Source: Alphaproteobacteria bacterium (GTDB lineage: Bacteria > Pseudomonadota > Alphaproteobacteria > UBA6615). From it: DNA of 64,000 bases. Positions 33,580-43,617 of the stretch are shown piece after piece. The first letter of the stretch is position 1, and every line of letters starts with the position of its first letter. Under the pieces are notes generated by a model. That model did not search any database. It saw only the letters and a list, made by a program, of their open reading frames with translations, and was not told the origin of the DNA. The DNA lies in contig JBDXCV010000003.1 in the NCBI GenBank assembly GCA_039980135.1, positions 1,027,458 to 1,091,457 of the forward strand, given 5' to 3'. The translations under genes were made by a program, and so were the position numbers.

Positions 33580-34236
33580 TTGGCCGTAACTGATTTCATT
33601 CTCATCCAGGGCATCGTGTTTGGTTTCTTCCTCGCACTGCCGGTTGGACCGGTCGGAGTATTGTGCGTTCAGCGCACCCTGTCGCAGGGGCGCATGCATG
33701 GCCTCATTTCGGGCCTTGGTGCGGCCTTCGGAGACGCGCTCTACGGTGCGGTGGCGGCGTTCGGAATATCCGCGGTCGAAGACTGGATCACTGGACATCA
33801 GGGCGGGTTGCGCCTGGCCGGCGGTGTGATTCTGTTGTTGCTGGCGCTGCGCACCGTGGCCGCGATGGTTCGTGCACATCCGGTTACCGACGGGTCCGAC
33901 GAGAAAATTCAGCGGCGGATCGAGACCCACAGTCTGGTGAAGGATTTCCTGTCCACCTTCATGTTGGCGATCACCAACCCGATTACCTTTGTCGCGTTTG
34001 CCGGCCTGTTGGCGACACTCGGCTTTACCGAGGCGGGCCGCTCGATCGGCAATGCCTCGATCCTGGTCGCCGGTGTGTTTGCCGGATCGGCGCTCTGGTG
34101 GATCGCGCTGTCGACGACCGCGAGCCTGTTCCGCCCGATCGTCGATGGGTCGTATCAACTCTGGATGGACCGTATTGTCGCGTTGGTGCTGGCCGGGTTC
34201 GGGACCTACGCGTTGCTGACGTCGTTCCTCTACTAG
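33580..34236 (+). CDS. LysE/RhtB family amino-acid efflux translocator
   Basis: 218 aa, about 6 TM helices. LysE-type N-terminal motif (ALPVGPVG). TTG start per track. Confidence 0.7.
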   Translation: MAVTDFILIQGIVFGFFLALPVGPVGVLCVQRTLSQGRMHGLISGLGAAFGDALYGAVAAFGISAVEDWITGHQGGLRLAGGVILLLLALRTVAAMVRAHPVTDGSDEKIQRRIETHSLVKDFLSTFMLAITNPITFVAFAGLLATLGFTEAGRSIGNASILVAGVFAGSALWWIALSTTASLFRPIVDGSYQLWMDRIVALVLAGFGTYALLTSFLY

Positions 34237-34249
34237 CGCCGGGTGCCGT

Positions 34250-34852
34250 TCAGGCCTCCGGGTCGGTGGCCGTCATGGAAGGTCGCGCCGCGAAGGCGTC
34301 GAACCACGCGGCGAGTTTCGGCCGGCCACCGCGCCAATCGGCGTCGGCGAATCTGAAATCCCGATAGCCGAGCGCGCAGGCGACCGCGATCTGTCCGATC
34401 GTGACCGGCCCGCTCAGGTCGCCGGCCTCGGCCTCGAGCTGGTCCAGGGCTGCGTTGACGGACAGTTCCTGCCGGTCGATGAGTTTGGCCGACGCGGCGG
34501 CGCCCTCATGGAACATGCCTTCCATCCGCTCCAGGACCGACGCATCCAGGATACCGTCCGCTGCGGCGAGCTGGCGCAACGCGGTCCAGCGGGCGGGGCC
34601 GGGGTCGGGGTAAATTCTGGTCGAGCCCTGCGAATCGAGATACTCGCAGACGAGGTTCGACTGATAGAGCGGCGGGCCGTCGTCGCGCACAAGGGTCGGC
34701 ACCTTGCCGACCGGATTGATGTCGCGGAAGCCGGCTGGGTCTTCCCACGGGTTGATCGCGTCCATTTCGAGCTTGTCGCCGACGCCGGATTCGATGGCGG
34801 CGATACGCGCCTTGCGCGCATAGGGGGAAGCGGCGGAGTAGATAAGCTTCAT
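34250..34852 (-). CDS. Glutathione S-transferase family protein
   Basis: Start at the internal MKLIYSAASPYARK (thioredoxin-like GST N-terminus with SPY). 200 aa. The upstream ORF extension is low-complexity. Confidence 0.75.
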   Translation of the reverse strand: MKLIYSAASPYARKARIAAIESGVGDKLEMDAINPWEDPAGFRDINPVGKVPTLVRDDGPPLYQSNLVCEYLDSQGSTRIYPDPGPARWTALRQLAAADGILDASVLERMEGMFHEGAAASAKLIDRQELSVNAALDQLEAEAGDLSGPVTIGQIAVACALGYRDFRFADADWRGGRPKLAAWFDAFAARPSMTATDPEA

Positions 34853-34974
34853 GACTTTCTCGCTTTTTTTCGGTGTCTGATGGCTGAGAGTACACGCGAA
34901 CCCGAACGAACTGAATTGTGTTCGAAACGGTGCCGCCGCCCGCACCGCCGACACCCTGTGTTAACGTCGCGGCC

Positions 34975-35835
34975 ATGATTCTCGATGTTATCGACCTGCG
35001 CGATTTCTACGCTTCCAGCCTGGGTTCCGTTGCCCGGCGCATGATCCGCCGGCAGGTGCGCGCCCTCTGGCCGGACGTGCGCGGCATGCGCGTTCTGGGG
35101 TTCGGTTACGCGACCCCTTATCTGACGCCATTCGTCGACGAGGCGGAGCGTGTGGCGGCGGTGATGCCGACGCGCATGGGGGTGTTGGCATGGCCGGAGC
35201 GGATCACCGAGGAACGCAACCTCGCCCTGGTCGCCCATGAAGACGAGATTCCGCTGCCGGACCTTTCCGTTGACCGGATTCTGCTGGTGCATGGATTGGA
35301 GTACAGCGAGAACGCCCATCTGATGCTGCGGGAGATGTGGCGTATTCTTGCAGATGGTGGCCGCCTGATGGTCGCCGTTCCGAACCGCCGCTCGATCTGG
35401 GCCCGCACGGATCACACGCCGTTCGGTCACGGGCACCCATTCTCCACCGAGCAGCTCAACAAGGCCTTGCGACAATCCATGTTCACGCCGGTTCGCGATG
35501 CGCGCGCGCTGTTTTTCCCGCCGTCCCGGCGCCGGTTCTGGCTTTCTGCCGCGCCGGCCTGGGAGCGTATGGGTCTGCGTTGGCTCAACCCCGTCGGCGG
35601 CGTCACGATTGTCGAGGCGACGAAGCAGATCTATGGCGGCGCGCTCGCGGGCGAAAAACTCCGCCGCCGTTTCTATGTCGCGTTGCCCGAAGGCGGGGCG
35701 GCGATGTCGCCCGCGATATCACCCGAGCTGTCGGCTAGCTCCGGCCGATCAGGAAAATCGCCTGCTCGGTTAACAGGTTCGTCCAGTGCCCGATCTGTTT
35801 CTGCGACTTCGCCTGACCACGATGATCGATCGTAA
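34975..35835 (+). CDS. Class I SAM-dependent methyltransferase with a low-complexity C-terminal tail
   Basis: MILDVIDLRDFY start. Motif I VLGFGYATPYL. The final ~50 codons are Ser/Ala/Gly-rich and overlap the convergent metW by ~100 nt, so the true stop is uncertain. Confidence 0.55.
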   Translation: MILDVIDLRDFYASSLGSVARRMIRRQVRALWPDVRGMRVLGFGYATPYLTPFVDEAERVAAVMPTRMGVLAWPERITEERNLALVAHEDEIPLPDLSVDRILLVHGLEYSENAHLMLREMWRILADGGRLMVAVPNRRSIWARTDHTPFGHGHPFSTEQLNKALRQSMFTPVRDARALFFPPSRRRFWLSAAPAWERMGLRWLNPVGGVTIVEATKQIYGGALAGEKLRRRFYVALPEGGAAMSPAISPELSASSGRSGKSPARLTGSSSARSVSATSPDHDDRS

Positions 35836-36367
35836 TGATCTGCTGGGCGGTGAGGTCCAGTTCGTCCAGAAGATTCAGGAAATCGGTCAGGGTGAAGAAC
35901 CGGATGTTCGGCGATTCATACCAGGCGTTGGGCAGGTTTTCCGATATGGGGCTGCGGCCGCGAAAGAGCAGGTCCGTGCGCACGCGCCAGTATCCGAAAT
36001 TGGGAAAGCTGACGACGGCGCAGCGCCCGATGCGCAGGAGTTCCCGCAACACGCCCTTCACATCGAAAATCGCCGGCAATGTCTGTGACAGAAGGGCGAA
36101 ATCGAATGCGTCGTCGGGGTAGTTGTGCAGATCGGTCTCGGCGTCGCCCTGCACCACGGCCAGCCCGCGCGCGACACAGGTGTTCACGCCCTCCTGGCTG
36201 AGCTCGATGCCGCGCCCGTCGACCTGGCGGTCCCGCACGAGCAGGTCCAGCAGCACGCCGTCACCACAGCCGACGTCGATGAGCCGGCTGCCGGGTGTCA
36301 CCATGTCGGCGATCAGTTTCTGATCGACGCGAATGCGCGCGGTCGCGGTGGTTTCCTGTCGGTTCAT
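35735..36367 (-). CDS. metW: Methionine biosynthesis protein MetW
   Basis: 210 aa. Methyltransferase-like fold, VGCGDGVLL. Immediately downstream of and overlapping metX by 4 nt, the canonical metXW arrangement. Confidence 0.9.
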   Translation of the reverse strand: MNRQETTATARIRVDQKLIADMVTPGSRLIDVGCGDGVLLDLLVRDRQVDGRGIELSQEGVNTCVARGLAVVQGDAETDLHNYPDDAFDFALLSQTLPAIFDVKGVLRELLRIGRCAVVSFPNFGYWRVRTDLLFRGRSPISENLPNAWYESPNIRFFTLTDFLNLLDELDLTAQQIITIDHRGQAKSQKQIGHWTNLLTEQAIFLIGRS

Positions 36368-37575
36368 GGGCCGGCCTCGATCGTCGTTCGAGCATACTGA
36401 TCGGCCGCGCCGCTCAGGAAGCCCGACAGAATTCGGAAGAATTCCGGCTCCTCGAGAAGGAACGCGTCATGTCCGGAATCGGTCTCGATCTCAACGAAAC
36501 TCACCGACGCGGCCACGGCATTCAGCGCATGGACGATCTGGCGTGACTCCGCCGTCGGGAACAGCCAGTCGGACGTGAAGCTGACGAGGCAGAACCGGAC
36601 CGGGGAGCCTTCGAACGCCGCCGGCAACTGGCCGTCATGCTCTGCGGCCAGGTCGAAATAATCCATCGCCCGGGTGATGTAGAGATAGGAGTTCGCATCG
36701 AAGCGTTCGACGAACGAGCGGCCTTGATGGCGCAGATAGCTCTCGATCTGGAAGTCCGCGTCGAAGCCAAACGTGATTTCCTGCCGATCCTGTAGGTTGC
36801 GCCCGAATTTCCGATGCAGCGCGGAATCGGAAAGATAGGTGATGTGCGCGGCCATGCGCGCGACGGCGAGGCCGCGTTCGGGGTCGACATCCTCGCCGTA
36901 ATAGGCCCCCCCGCACCAGTTCGGATCGGCCATGATTGCCTGGCGACCGACTTCGTGGAACGCGATGTTTTGAGCTGAATGACGTGCGGCGCCGGCGATC
37001 GGAATCGCGCAGTACACCATCTCGGGATTGCGTGACGCCCATTCCAGCGCCTGCATTGCCCCCATGGAACCGCCGATCACCGCAAACAGCTTGGCGATGC
37101 CCAGATGCTCGATGACGCGTTTCTGGGCGGCAACCATGTCGGCGATTGTGATGACCGGGAAATTCAGCCCGAACGGCCCGCCGGTACGGGGGTCGATATC
37201 CTTGGGGCCGGCGGTACCCATGCAGCCGCCGAGCACGTTGATGCAGATGACGAAATAGGTGTCGGTGTCGATCGTGCGGCCCGCCCCGACGATGCTTCCC
37301 CACCAGCCTTCCTTGCCGGTTATCGGATGGGTTTCCGCGACATATTGATCGCCGGTCAGGGCATGGCAGACGAGAATCGCGTTCGACTTGTCTGCGTTGA
37401 GGGTGCCGTAGGTCTGATAGGCCACCGTGAACGGCCCCAGCATTTGACCTGACGCCAGCCGCAACGGCGTGTCGGCGCCGAGGACAAGCGTATGGCCCGG
37501 AAGGTCGTTGACCGCCGGTTCGACTGCGATTGCATCGCCGGCGTTCTGCGCGCCACCTGGTTCGTGCTTTGTCAT
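36364..37575 (-). CDS. metX: Homoserine O-acetyltransferase
   Basis: Alpha/beta hydrolase with the MetX signature [26 protein letters not shown] and catalytic GGSMG(A)MQALEW. ATG at 37575 chosen; an in-frame GTG at 37620 is the alternative. Putative sigma70 promoter TTGACA-N18-TAGCTA at 37635-37663 (minus strand). Confidence 0.85.
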   Translation of the reverse strand: MTKHEPGGAQNAGDAIAVEPAVNDLPGHTLVLGADTPLRLASGQMLGPFTVAYQTYGTLNADKSNAILVCHALTGDQYVAETHPITGKEGWWGSIVGAGRTIDTDTYFVICINVLGGCMGTAGPKDIDPRTGGPFGLNFPVITIADMVAAQKRVIEHLGIAKLFAVIGGSMGAMQALEWASRNPEMVYCAIPIAGAARHSAQNIAFHEVGRQAIMADPNWCGGAYYGEDVDPERGLAVARMAAHITYLSDSALHRKFGRNLQDRQEITFGFDADFQIESYLRHQGRSFVERFDANSYLYITRAMDYFDLAAEHDGQLPAAFEGSPVRFCLVSFTSDWLFPTAESRQIVHALNAVAASVSFVEIETDSGHDAFLLEEPEFFRILSGFLSGAADQYARTTIEAGP

Positions 37576-37720
37576 TGTCTGGGCATGGTTTGAAGCCGGT
37601 GATGTGGGGGAAAACGCCACCGCATCGGGCGCATAGCTATGTGGGGCCGAGGAGGGGTGTCAACGTTTTCTTTGCCAAATTCCCGGGGGAGCGATACATA
37701 TTCGCCCGCTATTTTCCCGG

Positions 37721-38602
37721 ATGAGTGAGACCATGAGCCCCGCGCCAGACGACCTGGCGGCGCTGCGCCGCGAGATCGATTCCATCGATGAGCAGCTGCA
37801 CGACCTGCTGGTGCGGCGCGGCGAAGTCGTGTCTGAAATCGGGAGTCGCAAGGCGGCTGACGGCCAGGTCACATTCCGCCCGGCACGCGAGGCCCAGTTG
37901 CTGCACCGGCTTCTCGGGCGTGATCGCGGTGCGCTTTCGCAACAATCGATCGTCCGGCTCTGGCGCGAGATCATTGCCGCGTCGATCCGCATTCAGGGGC
38001 GGCTGACGGTCGGGTATTGCCCCATAGAGGGGCATGGCTCCGCGCTGCGCCTGGCCAACGGACATTTCGGCCTCGATACGCCGACGGTACGGTTTGAATC
38101 GGCCTCTCATGTGGTCTCGGCGGTACATCGTGGCGAGGTTTCGGTCGGCCTGGTGCCGCTCCCCGAAGCCGCCGAGACGCCTGGCTGGTGGGGTGATGTT
38201 CGCGACGCATCTGATGTGTATGTGGTGGCTCGTTTGCCCTGGTATGACGACGCGGCCAGCGGCGCCGGTGCGTCGGTCGGCGCGCTGGTGCTGGCCCGGG
38301 GGGTGCCCGAGAAATCGGGTGATGACCTCAGCTTGCTGATGTTTACCTGCCCGAAGCCCGTGAGCCGCGCGCGGGTGGGTGACGTCTGCGCCGAACATGG
38401 CCTCGCGGTCGCCGGGCAGGCGGTGACGGACGATCCCCATGCGGTCGATGAACGTATTCACATCGTCGAGCTGGATGGTTTCATCGACGCAGACGACGCC
38501 CGTATCCGTGCTGTCGCCGCGACGCTTGAGGCCTCGAATATCCGATTGCTCGGGGCGTTTGCCCGCGCCTATATGGCTGCGGATACAGCAGGAGCGAAGT
38601 AG
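37721..38602 (+). CDS. Chorismate mutase (AroQ) fused to a PDT-like periplasmic-binding-fold domain lacking an ACT domain
   Basis: N-terminal AroQ helix-bundle motif LAALRREIDSIDEQLHDLLVRR...RLWREIIA. Followed by a ~200-aa domain resembling prephenate dehydratase. Upstream of hisC-tyrC, as in many alphaproteobacteria. Confidence 0.7.
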   Translation: MSETMSPAPDDLAALRREIDSIDEQLHDLLVRRGEVVSEIGSRKAADGQVTFRPAREAQLLHRLLGRDRGALSQQSIVRLWREIIAASIRIQGRLTVGYCPIEGHGSALRLANGHFGLDTPTVRFESASHVVSAVHRGEVSVGLVPLPEAAETPGWWGDVRDASDVYVVARLPWYDDAASGAGASVGALVLARGVPEKSGDDLSLLMFTCPKPVSRARVGDVCAEHGLAVAGQAVTDDPHAVDERIHIVELDGFIDADDARIRAVAATLEASNIRLLGAFARAYMAADTAGAK

Positions 38603-39694
38603 GTGGCACCGCCAAAGGCCAAACCCGGTGTGCTCCGGATCACGCCCTACGCCGGCAGCGATGTCGGCTCGGGCGGCGCGGACCGCATTGTCATCAGTTC
38701 GAACGAAAGCGCGTTCGGGCCGTCCTGGCGCGCAATGGAAGCCTATTCGGCGACCAGTGAGGAGATGCACCGCTACCCCGAAATCGATGCGCGCAGTCTG
38801 CGTCTGGCGCTCGCGGCCCATCATGGGCTTGAGGTCGAGCGCATCATCTGTGGTTGCGGCTCCGATCAGCTCATCGATCTGATTGCGCTGGCCTATGCCG
38901 GGCCGGGCGACGAGACGATCTACAGCGAACATGGTTTCACCATGTATCCGATCGCCACGCTCGGGGTCGGCGCGACCCCCGTGGCGGCGCCCGAAACCGA
39001 CCTGACCGCCGATGTAGACGCCATCCTCGAGCGTGTGAACGCGCGCACGAAGATCGTGTTTCTCGCCAACCCGAACAACCCGACGGGTTCCTATCTGGGG
39101 AATGACGAATTGCGGCGTCTGCATGCCGGCCTGCCGGAAGACGTTTTGCTCGTCCTCGATGCGGCCTATGCGGAATATGTCACGGTGTCCGACTACGACC
39201 CGGGCATCGCGCTGGTGCGCGAGGCATCGAACGTGATCATGACGCGGACCTTCTCGAAAATATACGCGCTGGCCAGCTTGCGTATCGGCTGGGCCTATGG
39301 TCCTGCCGAGATCATCGAGATCCTCGATCGGGTGCGCCCCCCTTTCAATGTGTCCACGCCGGCGATCGCGGCCGGCATCGCCGCACTCGAAGATACAGAA
39401 CACACGGCGCGCTCGCGCGATTTGAATGCCGAGCTCTTGCCGTGGTTCACGTCCGAAGTCGAGGCGCTGGGCCTGACGGTAAATCCGTCGGTCGGCAATT
39501 TCGTGATCATCCGGTTCGATCCGGAGACGGACCGGAATGCCGAAGCGGCCTACCGGTTCCTGTTCGAGCGCGGGATCGTGACCCGCCGGGTGGGCGGCTA
39601 CGGGCTGCCCGAATGGGTGCGCATGTCCATCGGCACACGCGATGAAATGAACGACGTCGTCGGCGCCCTGCGTGCCTTCGTAGAGGGCGTATGA
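38603..39694 (+). CDS. hisC: Histidinol-phosphate aminotransferase
   Basis: 363 aa. GTG start with GGAGCG RBS. Class II aminotransferase with PLP-lysine region FSKIYALASLRIGW. Confidence 0.9.
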   Translation: MAPPKAKPGVLRITPYAGSDVGSGGADRIVISSNESAFGPSWRAMEAYSATSEEMHRYPEIDARSLRLALAAHHGLEVERIICGCGSDQLIDLIALAYAGPGDETIYSEHGFTMYPIATLGVGATPVAAPETDLTADVDAILERVNARTKIVFLANPNNPTGSYLGNDELRRLHAGLPEDVLLVLDAAYAEYVTVSDYDPGIALVREASNVIMTRTFSKIYALASLRIGWAYGPAEIIEILDRVRPPFNVSTPAIAAGIAALEDTEHTARSRDLNAELLPWFTSEVEALGLTVNPSVGNFVIIRFDPETDRNAEAAYRFLFERGIVTRRVGGYGLPEWVRMSIGTRDEMNDVVGALRAFVEGV

Positions 39695-40659
39695 GCACAA
39701 CACGGATATTCGAACGCGTGGCGATCATCGGGGTCGGCCTGATTGGTTCATCGGTCGCGCATGCAATCCGCGCGAACGGACTGGCGGATCATGTGGCTTT
39801 GCATGATGCAGATGCCGACGTGCGCGCGCGGGCCGAGGCGCTCGATATCGCCGACAGTATCCATGCGGACATCGGTGATGCGGTGTCCGGGGCCGGTCTC
39901 GTGGTGGTCGCGACCCCGGTGGGCGCGTGCGGCGCGGTCGCGGAGGCCATCGGGTCGCATCTGCAAACCGGCGCCATCGTCACCGATGTCGGCTCGGTCA
40001 AGGGTTCGGTCATCGCCGCGATGACGCCGCACATCCCTGACGGGGTGCATCTGGTGCCGGGCCATCCGGTGGCGGGCACCGAGCATTCCGGGCCTGAATC
40101 CGGTTTCGCCGAACTGTTCCAGAACCGTTTCTCGATCCTGACCCCGCCGCCGGGCGCTGACGCGGTCGCCGTCGCGAAGCTCGAGGCGCTCTGGCAGGGC
40201 ATGGGTGCGGATGTGGAGATCATGGATGCCGAGCATCACGATCGGGTGCTGGCGATCACCAGCCATCTGCCCCATCTGATTGCCTACACGATCGTTGCGA
40301 CCGCTGCCGATCTGGAGACCGAACTCGAGGCCAAATCGCGCGACGATGAAGTGGTCACGACCCGCGAGGTGATCAAATACTCGGCCGGCGGCTTTCGCGA
40401 CTTCACCCGCATCGCGGCGTCCGACCCGGTGATGTGGCGCGATGTGTTCCTGCTGAACAAGGATGCGGTATTGGAGATGCTCGGCCGCTTTGACGAGGAT
40501 CTTACCGCGCTCCAGCGCGCAATCCGCCACGATGACGGGGATGCGCTGTTCGAGCTGTTTTCCCGTACCCGCGATATCCGCCGGGGTGTGATCGAGGCCC
40601 GTCAGGCCGGCCGGTTCCAATACACCGAGAACGGCAAGGCGTCCGACGACGAATCCTGA
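39691..40659 (+). CDS. tyrC: Prephenate/arogenate (cyclohexadienyl) dehydrogenase
   Basis: 322 aa. Rossmann VAIIGVGLIGSS. TyrA-family catalytic His region. Overlaps hisC by 4 nt. Confidence 0.85.
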   Translation: MSTTRIFERVAIIGVGLIGSSVAHAIRANGLADHVALHDADADVRARAEALDIADSIHADIGDAVSGAGLVVVATPVGACGAVAEAIGSHLQTGAIVTDVGSVKGSVIAAMTPHIPDGVHLVPGHPVAGTEHSGPESGFAELFQNRFSILTPPPGADAVAVAKLEALWQGMGADVEIMDAEHHDRVLAITSHLPHLIAYTIVATAADLETELEAKSRDDEVVTTREVIKYSAGGFRDFTRIAASDPVMWRDVFLLNKDAVLEMLGRFDEDLTALQRAIRHDDGDALFELFSRTRDIRRGVIEARQAGRFQYTENGKASDDES

Positions 40660-40672
40660 CCGGTTCCGGTTC

Positions 40673-41746
40673 CTAGTTCCAGCTGATGACCGGCAGCCGC
40701 AGCAGCGTTATCGGGCCGATCGATAGCTGGCGGTCCTGGATCGAGACAGGCACCCGGGCCTGCGGTGATCCGCCGTTGGCCGGCGCGCGGGTCAGCACCG
40801 CCAACGCAATTCGCGCGATCGCGGCCTGTTGCGGGCGCATCCGGCCGGTTGTCTCGAGCAGATCAACGAGCCGGTCGAGGCCCGCGATCTGTGCTGTGAA
40901 GGCGCCGACGGGTTGCAGGTTGGCATCCACGGCCAGGGTGCCGTCCCCAACAACTTGCAGCGGCCCCCAGACAAGGGAGAAGTCCTCCAGCTCAAGGGTT
41001 CCGCCCGCATCGCGCCAACGTGCCATGCCGCCCGGCGACAGGTCGGTCGGGTCGAGCGCACCGCGAACCGACAGTTGACCGGCCAGTTGGTCGAGCTTGT
41101 GTCCGAGGACGTCGACGAGGTTCGGGTCGAGGCGGGCGGCCGCGAGCGAAACGCCGGACAACGCGAATGTCAGCTCCTGGCCGCCCGGGGCGGGATGGAT
41201 CGCTTCGGGGTTTTCGGCCCCCGTGGACAGGATCCAGTCGACCGCCGCGCTGTCGAGGGTCGAGACGGGTTGCCGGTCGATCTCGATGTCGAGGCCGGTG
41301 GCCAGTCCGCGCAGGCCCGTGAGATAGCCTTCATTGTTGAAATTCATACGGCCGCTGAGGCCGATATTGTCGGCTTCGATCGCACGCCGTGCGGCGGGGC
41401 CGGCGCCGCCGTCAAACAGGAAGCTGTGTACACCTGGTGCGCTGAACGAGACGGTGCGCCCGAAGTCGGTGAAGAATTTCAGGGTCGTGGCGGGACCCGC
41501 CCAGCGGATCTCCCCGTCCGGGCCCGACCATGCGCCGCGCGGGGCCGCGATGTGTGTGAACAGCCGCGTCGGATAGCCCGTGATTTCAACGGACTCCCAG
41601 GATACCGCAACGGGGCCGTCCGACTGCTGGTCGGCAAATGTCTGCAGGCCGGTCCGGATTTCACCGGCGAACCAGAACCAGCCGAGCGTCCAGACGGCCA
41701 CGAGCAGGGCCACCACGCCGATGGGAATTAAATACTTTCGCTGGAT
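40673..41746 (-). CDS. DUF2125-like alphaproteobacterial hypothetical protein with N-terminal membrane anchor
   Basis: Start at the internal MIQRKYLIPIGVVALLVAVWTLGWFWF (single TM). Remainder predicted periplasmic. Family assignment from memory; low certainty. Confidence 0.45.
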   Translation of the reverse strand: MQRKYLIPIGVVALLVAVWTLGWFWFAGEIRTGLQTFADQQSDGPVAVSWESVEITGYPTRLFTHIAAPRGAWSGPDGEIRWAGPATTLKFFTDFGRTVSFSAPGVHSFLFDGGAGPAARRAIEADNIGLSGRMNFNNEGYLTGLRGLATGLDIEIDRQPVSTLDSAAVDWILSTGAENPEAIHPAPGGQELTFALSGVSLAAARLDPNLVDVLGHKLDQLAGQLSVRGALDPTDLSPGGMARWRDAGGTLELEDFSLVWGPLQVVGDGTLAVDANLQPVGAFTAQIAGLDRLVDLLETTGRMRPQQAAIARIALAVLTRAPANGGSPQARVPVSIQDRQLSIGPITLLRLPVISWN

Positions 41747-41862
41747 CATAAGCAGCCAGTTGCCTAAGTAGTTGCCGATCAACCTAGTCGGGGTTCGCGG
41801 CGGCGTCGAGACGAGCCGCATGAATTCGCCCCGTCACCCGCACCGGAACAGATCCTGCCGCC

Positions 41863-42510
41863 ATGTCGATGTTGAAGGAACAGCCCGATCTCCGTCATCT
41901 CACCGACCAGTATGAGCTGACCGAGGACGAACTGGATTGGACCTTGCGGGCGGTCATGGAGACCCATCCGCCCGGTGAGGATCTCTGGATCTTCGGCTAT
42001 GGCTCGCTGATGTGGCGGCCCGATTTCCCGTTCGTCGATCGCGCGCGGGCGCTGGTGCATGGCTATCATCGTTCGTTCTGCGTGTACTCCCATGTCTATC
42101 GCGGCACCAGGGAACGGCCGGGCCTCGTGCTGGGGCTCGACAATGGCGGCAGTTGCAGCGGCGTGGCCTACCGGGTCGCCGCCGAACATGCGAGCAGCGC
42201 CGTGGAGTATCTGATCCGCCGGGAGATGGTGACACGGGTCTATATGCCGCGCTGGGTGACGGCCCGGATCGGCGACAAGACGGTCAGGGCCCACACCTAC
42301 ACGGCGGCGCATAATCATGTTCAGTATGCCGGTCGCTTGTCGGAGGACGAGGCGTTACGCCTGATTCTGCAGGGACATGGCCGAAGCGGGCCCAACACCG
42401 AGTATTTGAGCAACACGGTCGAACATCTCGACGCGCTGGGAATCGCCGACCGGCCCCTGCGCCGTCTGCACAAACGGGCGGCGCAAAACGCACCCGACGG
42501 GCCGGTATAA
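41863..42510 (+). CDS. chaC: ChaC family gamma-glutamylcyclotransferase
   Basis: 215 aa. IFGYGSLMWRPDF signature. Catalytic Glu context. Confidence 0.8.
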   Translation: MSMLKEQPDLRHLTDQYELTEDELDWTLRAVMETHPPGEDLWIFGYGSLMWRPDFPFVDRARALVHGYHRSFCVYSHVYRGTRERPGLVLGLDNGGSCSGVAYRVAAEHASSAVEYLIRREMVTRVYMPRWVTARIGDKTVRAHTYTAAHNHVQYAGRLSEDEALRLILQGHGRSGPNTEYLSNTVEHLDALGIADRPLRRLHKRAAQNAPDGPV

Positions 42511-42576
42511 CCCCCACTTGCTAATATCTGAATAATTGCAACCGGTTCCGCCGGGAGATGTGGGCCGGTCGATGGT

Positions 42577-42585
42577 TTATCCACA
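42577..42585 (+). promoter_or_regulatory. Perfect DnaA box TTATCCACA inside an AT-rich intergenic island
   Basis: Exact 9-mer match to the high-affinity DnaA box. Sits in a 340-bp segment of ~50% GC between convergent chaC and plsC. A second identical 9-mer at 42868-42876 lies within the plsC 3' coding end. Confidence 0.4.
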
Positions 42586-42778
42586 GAACGTTAATGAGAG
42601 CCCGTGTAGCGGTTTCGGGGATGTACTGCGGGCCGAATATCAGCGTTCCCGGTCACCCGCGAAGCGAAAAGCGCGGTATTTTCCGATGTTTCACGTTTGG
42701 CTGAAAAGGAAAGTGAGCGCGCTATTGCGGCAGATGAGAAATATAACTGAAATATCGAAAGAATATGGACGCAACTCC

Positions 42779-42812
42779 GCCTGCCGGTTCTCGCAGGCAT
42801 CGATATTTACTC
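42779..42812 (+). terminator. Putative intrinsic terminator-like hairpin (GCCTGC cggttctc GCAGGC followed by ATCGATATTTACT)
   Basis: 6-bp GC stem followed by a T-rich tract on the + strand. Could terminate chaC or an unannotated + strand small transcript arising after the DnaA box. Confidence 0.3.
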
Positions 42813-42851
42813 GCGCCGTATTAGCCGTCCGCTTGGCATTCCTGCGGGCGG

Positions 42852-43610
42852 TCAGTCTTCCACAACTTTATCCACAGCCCGTCGACCATTCAAGTCAGCG
42901 GTTGTCGCAGCGCTTTCCCGATACAACCGTTCCGCCGCAGCTTCGATCGTCGTTTCAAGCTTTTTGATGAATTCGCGTCTTGGAATATCTTCGGCCAGCG
43001 GCGGCAAGAACTCGATTGTGATGACCCCGGGACGAAGCTTGAGCGAGCGTCGTGGCCAGAATAATCCGGAATTCAGCGCCACCGGGACGACAGGCACATC
43101 TAGGGCGCCATGCAGGGCCGAAATACCGGCATGGTACGGCTGCTTCGCGCTCGGCGCGACCCGGGTTCCTTCGGGATAGATTACGATCGGGCGCCCGTCG
43201 GCGAGCGCGGCCCGCGCCATCTTGACCATGCCGCGCAGCGCCGACATGCCGCCGGCCCGGTCGATGGCGATCTGGCGCGTGCGGATCAGACACCAGCCGA
43301 ATAGTGGAATCCAGGTGAGTTCCCGCTTCAGCACAATGGCGGCGTCGCGGACGATCAGATTGATCGCCAGCGTGTCCCAGGCCGACTGGTGTTTGACCGC
43401 GAACAGCGCCGGTCCGTTGGGGATGTTCTCGCGTCCCACGACCCGGTGCGACAGCCCGACGGTGATGCGCAGTAGCCAGAGCGCACCGCGAATCCACAAC
43501 CGGCTATAGGCCATCACCGGGCGGGGTGGCCCGAGCAGGAGCGGCAGCACCAGGAAGCCCGCGAGGGTGGTCCACCCGTAGAACAGGATGGTGAACAGGA
43601 CCGGTCGCAT
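42852..43610 (-). CDS. plsC: 1-acyl-sn-glycerol-3-phosphate acyltransferase
   Basis: 252 aa. Acyltransferase H(X)4D motif KHQSAWD. PEGTR motif. Confidence 0.85.
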   Translation of the reverse strand: MRPVLFTILFYGWTTLAGFLVLPLLLGPPRPVMAYSRLWIRGALWLLRITVGLSHRVVGRENIPNGPALFAVKHQSAWDTLAINLIVRDAAIVLKRELTWIPLFGWCLIRTRQIAIDRAGGMSALRGMVKMARAALADGRPIVIYPEGTRVAPSAKQPYHAGISALHGALDVPVVPVALNSGLFWPRRSLKLRPGVITIEFLPPLAEDIPRREFIKKLETTIEAAAERLYRESAATTADLNGRRAVDKVVED

Positions 43611-43617
43611 GTCGGGG

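Noticed and set aside
37576-37720. SAM-II riboswitch upstream of metX (common in alphaproteobacteria).
   Set aside because: The leader is short and lacks the SAM-II pseudoknot consensus. Only a sigma70-like TTGACA-N18-TAGCTA promoter is evident.
42868-42876. Second TTATCCACA DnaA box.
   Set aside because: Lies inside the plsC C-terminal codons (GTGGATAAA = Val-Asp-Lys on the coding strand), so it is not independent evidence of an origin. Mentioned only as context.
42536-42967. 143-aa Lys/Arg-rich ORF spanning the AT-rich island.
   Set aside because: Overlaps the plsC 3' end. Composition simply reflects the AT-rich DNA. No recognisable fold and no RBS. More likely non-coding.
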